The position numbers were made by a program, and so were the translations under genes. The notes beneath the pieces are model-generated. The model was not told where the DNA came from. It saw only the letters and a list, made by a program, of their open reading frames with translations, and did no database searches. 64,000 nucleotides of DNA from a virus (taxonomy: Duplodnaviria; Caudoviricetes): positions 96,001 through 160,000 of the IMG/VR virus record IMGVR_UViG_3300020577_008610, one strand, 5' to 3'. This document shows, one piece after another, positions 57,400 to 64,000 of this stretch (positions are counted from its first letter, which is position 1; each line of letters begins with the position of its first letter).

Positions 57400-57521
57400 T
57401 CGAGCTGGCGGGGATCGAACCCGCATCCTCAGTGTACTTTGGGCCTATAGGTTGCCCTCGGTTTTAGCCAGCATAGATGCCAGTCAAGACCAGGGGTGTA
57501 TTCCGGTTCCACCACAACCCT
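57400..57521 (-). ncRNA. tRNA-like RNA with hairpin insert in the anticodon loop and tmRNA-like 3' end
   Basis: Leu/Ser-type D arm; 26-nt loop; 3' GGATGCGGGTTCGATCCCCGCCAGCTC; G3-U70. Confidence 0.55.
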
Positions 57522-57537
57522 ACTGGGTTGGAAGTTG

Positions 57538-57634
57538 TTAGCCTGGAGGGATTCGAACCCTCATACTCGGCTTCTAAGCTTGCCTGTGGCGAAGCCATTG
57601 AAGACCGCTGCCTTTGCCATTAGCCTACAAGCTC
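57538..57634 (-). tRNA. tRNA-like gene with 25-nt insert (possible intron) in the anticodon loop
   Basis: Acceptor, D and T arms present; loop CTTCAA-TGGCTTCGCCACAGGCAAGC-TTAGAA. Confidence 0.6.
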
Positions 57635-57777
57635 TTGAGATGAAGTTTGCAAAAATTGCCCCCTTTCTCCTGTTGTTGCCTCAGCTCGTTGCCAACCTTC
57701 ATGGGGGGATTGAGCCCCCTAGCTCTCTGTATTGGGCGAAAAGGGTCTGGTGTTGACAACAAGGAAAAAGTGAGTCC

Positions 57778-58209
57778 TTATATTAACTTGGCTGCCCTGT
57801 AGTCCTTACGGCTCCAAGTCCTTGTACGATGACAGTTGGCACAAACCAACTCGCATTTGGCAACTTCCTCCCACATTCCTTGGCCGCTTCCGTTACGGAT
57901 GAAATTAGAGACGTTATCAGCCTTTTGTGCTCTGTCCACGTGATCAAAATCCATGATGAAATGCGGGAAGAAGTTGCCGCAATCCTTGCATGGATGCTTT
58001 TCTTTGTACTCCCTCAAGGCTTCGAGGGCCCTCTGCCTTGTTCTCTTTCGAGATTCAGAGTACTCCTTTTTGTGGCGTTGAAAGTGAGAAGCTGTGAGCT
58101 TCGCAATGCACGATTTGCACTGCCGTACCCGCCTCTTGTCTTTTTTGGAGGCCCAAGAAAACAGCTCTTCTTCCTTTTCTTCACCGCACTTGATGCAAGT
58201 TTTCAACAT
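57778..58209 (-). CDS. HNH endonuclease
   Basis: CKDCG..MDFDH..KCELVCANCHRTRT. Confidence 0.88.
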   Translation of the reverse strand: MLKTCIKCGEEKEEELFSWASKKDKRRVRQCKSCIAKLTASHFQRHKKEYSESRKRTRQRALEALREYKEKHPCKDCGNFFPHFIMDFDHVDRAQKADNVSNFIRNGSGQGMWEEVAKCELVCANCHRTRTWSRKDYRAAKLI

Positions 58210-58336
58210 GAAAAAGCGTAACTCCAAGGGGGTACATTGTCAAGCGATGGCGTTGAACTTTGATTGAATCCAGCTGATCGGACTCGAATCTTCATTCTAT
58301 TTCCCGATGATCGGATAGGATTCAATTAGCGCTTTG

Positions 58337-58419
58337 TGCTCAAGAGGGGAATCGAACCCCTACGCCCTTTCGGACACAGGCTTCTGAGACCTGCACGGCT
58401 TCCTTTACGTCACTTGAGC
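58337..58419 (-). tRNA. tRNA-Leu(CAG)
   Basis: Cloverleaf, long arm, A73. Confidence 0.9.
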
Positions 58420-58481
58420 ATTCAAACATGGCAAAGTTGCTTTGAGGGAGAAGTCGCCATGTTTTAAGTTATATGAGACAG

Positions 58482-58555
58482 TGTTCCCGGTGGGATTCGA
58501 ACCCACAACATCTTCTTTTTGAGAGAAGCGACTCTGCCGGTTGGTCTACGAGAAC
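58482..58555 (-). tRNA. tRNA-Leu(CAA), short variable loop
   Basis: CT-CAA-AA. Confidence 0.85.
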
Positions 58556-58594
58556 ATACAAATACAATCGTTCACTGATGAGTTATTTGTCAGG

Positions 58595-58666
58595 TAGGCG
58601 TAGATGGAATCGAACCATCGCTCTCTCGGTTATCAGCCAAGTGCTTTTCCATTAAGCTATACGCCT
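58595..58666 (-). tRNA. tRNA-Ile(GAT)
   Basis: Cloverleaf. Confidence 0.9.
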
Positions 58667-58796
58667 GTTATGCATGATTTGATGGAAATTTGAGCGCATC
58701 ACCATGCTAGTAAATGTAGTTTGATGTCGAGATTCTGCATCAAGCAATTGCTCTAACCACAGAGCGTAGCTTCCTGAGCTACAATCCAACAAAGTG

Positions 58797-59137
58797 TGTG
58801 CTTCTGCCCATGAATGCTGGTCCCGTTTAAGGGGTATTTAACCCCCTTTGGTTTTGTTCTGGCTCCTATCCGAGCCTAGGATGCTGTGGCATCCTTAGCA
58901 ACCGGATGGACGCTGTGTTGCTGGTCAGGCTCCACAGGAGCAATGAAATTGCTCACGATTTAATGGTTTGTTCAATTAAGCCAGGCTCCCTCAGCCTTCT
59001 GCTTTTTGCTACCAGGGAAAAGTTTTCACTCTTTTCCTCTGTCTGCCACCACAAGGTACTTTCACCTACAAATCGCTTCGTAAGGTTACTCCCACTAGGA
59101 GAGTCGAGGTCTCGCAACCCCGTAGGGCAGATGCACA
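58797..59137 (-). ncRNA. Unidentified ~340-nt structured ncRNA
   Basis: Terminal helix 58797-58809/59125-59137 (12 of 13 bp) enclosing many hairpins; no credible ORF. Confidence 0.6.
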
Positions 59138-59138
59138 G

Positions 59139-59210
59139 TTCGGGCGGGTGGATTCGAACCACCATAACAGGTTTCAGAGACCTGGGTCCTAACCGTTGGA
59201 CGACACCCGA
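59139..59210 (-). tRNA. tRNA-Gln(CTG)
   Basis: Cloverleaf. Confidence 0.9.
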
Positions 59211-59268
59211 ATAATCTGGAACCTAGGCTGACTAAGCCTAGGTCGTTGTGGGAGGGTTGCTTGGTCCC

Positions 59269-59475
59269 TCAAGAGACTTGTCGTTTTGTTTCTACTTTAC
59301 ACATACAGTGCAGGTTCTCGAATTTCTTCACTTGCTCCAAGAGCTTCTCTGGATCCTTCTCTACTAGCTTTGCCTTGATTTGACAACGTTTACATGATGC
59401 GTCAATCGTTGTCGCATCTGCGTTCGATAACTCTAGCTTAATCCACCGGTAAACCCTTGATGTTGCTGTTGGCAT
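59269..59475 (-). CDS. Small Zn-binding protein
   Basis: CKRC..HCMC. Confidence 0.5.
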   Translation of the reverse strand: MPTATSRVYRWIKLELSNADATTIDASCKRCQIKAKLVEKDPEKLLEQVKKFENLHCMCKVETKRQVS

Positions 59476-59507
59476 TGAACTAGTGTAACCACCGTTTTAT
59501 CTTCTTG

Positions 59508-60191
59508 TCAACCTGCTTCTTCAATCTCTCTCAGAATCGCTTCAGCAGCCTTCTGAGGGTCTTGGGCATCCCGGATAGGTCGACCTACCACCAGGAGGTC
59601 TGCGCCGTCTCTAATGGCTTGCCGAGGGGTTCCTGTGGCCTTCTGATCGCTATTCTGCGAACCAGCGGGACGAATGCCTGGGATCAAGAAGAAATGACCG
59701 AGGTAGTTGAGTCTTCCTTCTGCGACTTCCTTGGGGGAGCACACGAACCCATGGGCTCCCTTGGCCATGTGCATCAGGTCTTGGACCACCACTTTCCGCT
59801 CGTGGTTGTAGACCTTGAGGCAGTCTGCATCATCCAGGGAAGTCATAGCCGTCACAGCCAGGATCATGGGACCACTTCGAGAGGCTTCAACAGCCGCTTG
59901 GATCATAGTTGAGCCGCCTGAAGCATGGATGGTCATGAAGTCAGCTCCAAGATTCATCCCTTGTTTCACAGCCCGAGAGACTGTTTCGGGAATGTCATGA
60001 AGCTTGAGGTCCAGGAAGCACTTGGCTCCCGATTCCTTCACCATCTCCACAACTTCAGGACCTTCAGAGATGAAGAGCTCCAAGCCAACCTTAAAAGTGC
60101 CGACATAGCCCCTGAGTTGACGAACAAAAGAGCGGGCTTCAATGATGTTGGGAACATCAAGAGCAAAACAGAGCCGGTCTTGAGCAGCCAT
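59508..60191 (-). CDS. pyrF: Orotidine-5'-phosphate decarboxylase
   Basis: ALD, FKVG, FLDLKLHDIPETV, PGIR, VVGRPI. Confidence 0.96.
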   Translation of the reverse strand: MAAQDRLCFALDVPNIIEARSFVRQLRGYVGTFKVGLELFISEGPEVVEMVKESGAKCFLDLKLHDIPETVSRAVKQGMNLGADFMTIHASGGSTMIQAAVEASRSGPMILAVTAMTSLDDADCLKVYNHERKVVVQDLMHMAKGAHGFVCSPKEVAEGRLNYLGHFFLIPGIRPAGSQNSDQKATGTPRQAIRDGADLLVVGRPIRDAQDPQKAAEAILREIEEAG

Positions 60192-60233
60192 TAACTGTAC
60201 CTTCCAAAAAGAAAGTGAGATGACATAGTAATC

Positions 60234-60665
60234 TTACTTCTTCGCCAAATCCCAATCTTTCCGAGTGTGGGTTCTAATCCTATGGCAATTTGAACACACA
60301 AGATCGCACTTGGCAATTTCACTCAGAACTATACCTAGCACTTCACTCCGGATGAGTCGAGCTATCCCGTCTTTTTTCTCTGCTCGATCTCGATGGTCAA
60401 AATCCATTACATAGTATGGGTACTGTCTTCCGCAATCCATGCAAGGCTTTGATTCCTTGAGCTTTACGATCTCCTTCATGACAGAAGCTCGTCTTTTGGC
60501 TGACTTTTCCGCGTACTGTTGTTTGTATTTCTGGTAATGCTCCTTGATGGTAGTGGCCATGCACTCTTTGCATCGAGTGCTGCGTTTGCCAGCGGCTTTG
60601 CTTTGGAGCGAGAACTGTTCGATGGTCTTCTCGACACTACATTTGGTACAGGTTTTGACTTCCAT
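60234..60665 (-). CDS. HNH endonuclease (paralog of 57778-58209)
   Basis: CMDCG..MDFDH..KCDLVCSNCHRIRT. Confidence 0.88.
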   Translation of the reverse strand: MEVKTCTKCSVEKTIEQFSLQSKAAGKRSTRCKECMATTIKEHYQKYKQQYAEKSAKRRASVMKEIVKLKESKPCMDCGRQYPYYVMDFDHRDRAEKKDGIARLIRSEVLGIVLSEIAKCDLVCSNCHRIRTHTRKDWDLAKK

Positions 60666-60674
60666 ATCCTACTC

Positions 60675-60917
60675 CTAGTGTCCGTAGTTGCAGCCAACCA
60701 GAATGACCTTTCCGGTTTCGGGATGGACCAAGCGCCTATCGTAGGTGCCACAGCAGCCATCATCACGGATGGCTTCATAAGCTGAGACCTCGACAGGATC
60801 GTCGGCAGAAGCAATCCGCATGTTATCAACACAGGACTCTTCCTCCATGTCAGAACGAAGAACAGAAAAGGCCCAATCGATTTCCATTTGAGAGAGTGTC
60901 ATACCCAGAAGATGCAT
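60675..60917 (-). CDS. Conserved small phage protein
   Basis: CVDN.R.A..GCCG.YD..GCNYGH. Confidence 0.7.
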   Translation of the reverse strand: MHLLGMTLSQMEIDWAFSVLRSDMEEESCVDNMRIASADDPVEVSAYEAIRDDGCCGTYDRRLVHPETGKVILVGCNYGH

Positions 60918-61148
60918 CGGCACTCTCAAAAGGTCAATGCCCAGGCAACAAGAAACATCACAGCGTGCAAGAGGCCCATGGCGTGTGGTGATTTTAACTT
61001 GAAACTTGCAACCCCTCGGGGTAACTCTCCCCGAGATGCCCAGGAGTCCTTAAGTTTGATGTAGGGTATATCCTGGTCTCCAAGTCCTTGCTGTTGCAAG
61101 GATTGGTGCTTCCCCATGCGAACCTAACCCCAGATGGGGTCACTGTGA

Positions 61149-61225
61149 TGGTAGCGGGTCCGGGAATTGCACACCGGGATCTCATGGGTATGAGCCATGC
61201 GAGATAACTTCTTCTCCAACCCGCA
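61149..61225 (-). tRNA. tRNA-Met(CAT), initiator-like
   Basis: 1:72 mismatch, CT-CAT-AC, encoded CCA. Confidence 0.8.
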
Positions 61226-61230
61226 ATAGA

Positions 61231-61950
61231 TTAGAAACTTCCGAACTCGGGTTCACCTTTGAACCCTGGCAGCCTCTTCTTAGCATACTCGATCCATGCC
61301 ATCAAGAGGTTGTCGGTGAAATCTTCAGCTTCCTCTCGGGAGATTTGCTTCTTCTTCTGCAAGTCCCGGAAAAGCTCTCCCTTCTTGTCCTGCATCACCT
61401 GAAGGAGAGGAATCTTCTGGGTTTTGGCTTGTTTGTACATGCCCATCACCCAGGCTTCCACCTCGTGGGGTGCAAAGAAGTAGTTGTAAGCGGCATCCGT
61501 GGTGGCGTAGTGATCCGCTCCAGGCTCATATCCTGGATGTCCAGAGAGTCCAGGGTCCGTGAAGTGGATGCCTTGTTCTGGTCCTTCGTGGCCGCTTCTC
61601 TGGTCTTGCCTGTAGTGCTCCAGCTCATGCCGGATGGTGTTCTTCAGGGTGGGAATGAACTCAGAGAGTTGACGGTCATTGAACTCAAAAGGCACAGCAA
61701 CGTACACCTGGAGCCTGCGAATGGCATCGTTGTAGCCTCCACCAGCTTGGCGAAGGGGACCATTGTACCGCTTGAACTGAGCCTGAAGCAACAGGTCGTT
61801 GACCTGTCCCTTGAAAGGAGGAATCTCTTCCTGGTCCCGGTTCTTCTTCAGGTGATTCACAATCACCCTGGAGACTTGGGTGGTCAGGTTGTCCATGACC
61901 CCTTCACGGATTGCTTCTCGAATGAGTGCTACCAGCTCTCGCTTCTTCAT
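61231..61950 (-). CDS. Zincin-like (HExxH) protein, probably virion-packaged
   Basis: MKKRELVALIREAIRE leader; RHELEH..EVEAW; TAATTA motif. Confidence 0.65.
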   Translation of the reverse strand: MKKRELVALIREAIREGVMDNLTTQVSRVIVNHLKKNRDQEEIPPFKGQVNDLLLQAQFKRYNGPLRQAGGGYNDAIRRLQVYVAVPFEFNDRQLSEFIPTLKNTIRHELEHYRQDQRSGHEGPEQGIHFTDPGLSGHPGYEPGADHYATTDAAYNYFFAPHEVEAWVMGMYKQAKTQKIPLLQVMQDKKGELFRDLQKKKQISREEAEDFTDNLLMAWIEYAKKRLPGFKGEPEFGSF

Positions 61951-62137
61951 GCTGGTAATTATGAACAAAGGACCATTGCCGGTCTTGTTATCTTGCAACA
62001 CCCTTTGGCCCGTGCTGGGTTACTCAAGTGATGCACCAACTAACCGAGCGGTCAAGCTGCTTTGAGAGCTACTAAAGCAAATTGAACCGCTGAGCCCCTG
62101 TTTGCCTAGGATATAACAGGCGCTTCTATTCATCCAG

Positions 62138-62212
62138 TGGGCCTCCCGGGATTTGAACCCGAACTTGACGGATTAAGAGTCCGCTGTGCTAAACCGTTGA
62201 CACCAGAAGCCC
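62138..62212 (-). tRNA. tRNA-Lys(CTT)
   Basis: Cloverleaf. Confidence 0.9.
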
Positions 62213-62221
62213 ATTAGGAAA

Positions 62222-62422
62222 CGGTTGGGGTTATCGTGCTACCGCTTCACAAGCACCCAGGTTCTCCCACTGTCCTGGCAGTGTTCAGCCCAGGAGTAAC
62301 CTTTTAAGGGGGTACCTGAGCCTATTGGTCGGGAGATGGTGGTCCTTGCCACCTCCTTGGTTCCAAGGTTGGTCTCAATCCAGATTTCAGGGGCCCATAT
62401 ACTGGCCAGCGTTGAATTGAGA
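62222..62422 (-). ncRNA. Structured inter-tRNA RNA (~200 nt)
   Basis: Nested helices TCTCCC/GGGAGA, GGCTCAGG/CCTGGGCT, CACTG/CAGTG, CCTTGG/CCAAGG. Confidence 0.4.
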
Positions 62423-62498
62423 TGGTAGCCCCTGTGAGGATTGAACTCACCTGTACCGGTTTGTAGGACCGGCGCCCTCACCAGAGTGCGAAGGAGCT
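62423..62498 (-). tRNA. tRNA-Val(TAC)
   Basis: Cloverleaf, CCA, C at position 33. Confidence 0.85.
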
Positions 62499-62504
62499 AA
62501 ACTG

Positions 62505-62935
62505 ATTATTTCCGAGTCATTCCCGGCGCAGTACCACTTCCAAGGTTGCTTTCGCTTCACCTTAGAGGGCCTGTTTCCCACCCTTTGCGGAATGGTAAGC
62601 CGTCTTTACTCGCTGGTTATCACCCTACAGGGCTACGTGCTCCCTGCTCGGCAACCCATGAGCCACATTAGTAACCCCAATCCCAGGGCGTGGTTACCAG
62701 AAATTGACTTCTGGCTGGTGTCAAATACTCCCGATTTTCATCGTACGGACCAGGAGTGTTTGGCCACTCCCTGACATACAGGATCTCTGTCTAGGTCCTA
62801 GAGGTTATTTTACGTCGGATTAGCGACGTTCCGTTGCCCAGTTTGGGCAACCAGGCATGAACCTTTTAAGGTTCCGGAATTGAGGTTGGTTTCTCTTGAG
62901 TCTGTCAGCACCTCAAAACTGACAGAAAGAGACTA
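62505..62935 (-). ncRNA. Large structured ncRNA (~430 nt), possibly GOLLD-like
   Basis: 5' pseudoknotted hairpin, long-range ATTCCGG/CCGGGAAT helix, many hairpins. Confidence 0.6.
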
Positions 62936-62937
62936 GT

Positions 62938-63023
62938 TGTCAAAGAGCAAAGAGTCCTCGGACTCTTGGAGGGAGCAGCCCTCCGACGTTTTTAAACTTA
63001 GCATCGGTCTCTTTGGCCGTCAA
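62938..63023 (-). promoter_or_regulatory. Sigma70 promoter with rrn-type hairpin/boxA leader
   Basis: TTGACG(63023-63018)-N17-TAAGTT, two hairpins, TGCTCTTTGACA (62949-62938). Confidence 0.75.
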
Positions 63024-63198
63024 GGCGACCGGTTACGATTTCACTCCAAGAAGCGCTCGAAGCCAATCGGCCTTGGTGAGCACCATGTAAAGCACAGTGA
63101 GTCCCAGGAAGACCAGGACGAAAGCAAGGGCTCCAACGAGCCAAGAGAGAGCGGTTTTCAGTGCGGACGGAATTTCCATGAGGTTCTCCTAGCTGTAA

Positions 63199-63618
63199 TT
63201 AAGGCTCCTTCTCCGTCTTCGCTTCCTTTAGTTCTGGCAACCAGCCAGTGTACCCACATTCGTGCGGACAAGGCTCAAGGTGAAGCCCAGACCACTTCCC
63301 CTTGTGCTCGGGACAGGGTTTGGTTCGAAGCTTCTCTCCACCGTAGACCAATCGTGCCAAGAGATCGCTTTTATAGATGTGAAGCTTGATATCCTCGAAG
63401 TGTGGAATAATCCTAGCCCCCCAAACATCCCGGATTGCTGCCTTCTCGCCCTTCTCCTTCTTGACCTGGCGGTACTTGTCTTCCAGCACCTTCATCCAGG
63501 CTTCAAAAGCAGCACAGTAGTAACTAACAGGCGCCACCCGTTCACCAAAGTGGACCTCCAATTCTTGGAGCATCTCTTGGGCCTCTGCTTCAGATAGCTT
63601 TTTGTTCTTTATTGCCAT
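63199..63618 (-). CDS. Hypothetical protein
   Basis: CPEHKG.WSG..C..CG.TGW. Confidence 0.65.
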   Translation of the reverse strand: MAIKNKKLSEAEAQEMLQELEVHFGERVAPVSYYCAAFEAWMKVLEDKYRQVKKEKGEKAAIRDVWGARIIPHFEDIKLHIYKSDLLARLVYGGEKLRTKPCPEHKGKWSGLHLEPCPHECGYTGWLPELKEAKTEKEP

Positions 63619-63740
63619 GTTCGGAGCATAGCATAAACAAAGAGCGTTTGCACCTTTTAGTCTACCCAGAGAGAATTGAACTCTCGCCTATGGAGGCGAA
63701 GCAGACTCTCATCTCAAGCTGAAGCTTGGGAGAGTTATAG

Positions 63741-63812
63741 AGCGACTCACGGGAATCGAACCCGTATACTCAACCATGGCAAGGTCGTATAATACCATTA
63801 TACCAGAGCCGC
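63741..63812 (-). tRNA. tRNA-Gly(GCC)
   Basis: GCG start, TT-GCC-AT, U73. Confidence 0.88.
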
Positions 63813-63841
63813 AAATACCTGCTTTTCAGCAGAAGGAACCG

Positions 63842-64000
63842 TTACATGTCCTCGTCTTCGTCGTACCCGTCATCTTCGAGGAAAGCATCGTCATCCTCGT
63901 CTTCATCTTCATTGAAAGGATCGTCTTCCTCATCGTATCCACCATCCTCGGAATCATCATTCCGAACATCCTCCAGGAAGGCTTCAAACTCGTCAGGATC
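63842..64000 (-). CDS. Acidic C-terminus of a gene starting beyond the window
   Basis: D/E-rich frame ending TAA at 63842-63844. Confidence 0.65.
   Translation of the reverse strand, partial: DPDEFEAFLEDVRNDDSEDGGYDEEDDPFNEDEDEDDDAFLEDDGYDEDEDM

Noticed and set aside
58797-59137. RNase P RNA or group I intron
   Set aside because: GAGGAAAAG and AACAAAACC only partly resemble P4 strands and do not complete it; no group I P7 core seen
1-64000. Genome-wide stop-codon reassignment (suggested by the UCA tRNA)
   Set aside because: Long conserved genes are intact in code 11 and many end at TGA with ATGA coupling; only the Pth gene shows an internal TGA

Overview
A 64-kb segment of a large (jumbo/huge) tailed-phage genome in the standard genetic code; no rRNA, CRISPR array or capsid/tail module is visible, and the host cannot be determined. 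Left (1-12 kb): HNH endonuclease, intein-split PIN-PhoH, histone H1-like protein, degenerate GroEL, YkgJ and YkuK proteins. At 12.2-13.3 kb is a gene-free region where base skew flips (candidate origin). 13-34 kb holds short accessory genes driven by sigma70-type promoters: an expanded SH3-like family, DUF262, phosphoesterases, GIY-YIG, exonuclease and an HslV-like protease. 35-55 kb holds likely virion-packaged proteins and host-takeover genes (EF-Ts, macrodomain, DNA MTase, sigma factor, Pth-HD, amidoligase/GGCT, endolysin). 55-64 kb is a tRNA cluster with pyrF, HNHs and several large structured non-coding RNAs. The strongest leads are: (1) an opal-suppressor tRNA (UCA) near a peptidyl-tRNA-hydrolase/HD gene with an in-frame UGA at codon 8; (2) several large folded ncRNAs, one behind an rrn-type boxA leader; (3) three tandem tRNA-like genes with inserts in the anticodon loop. 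All calls come from motif reading by eye; no database searches were run.
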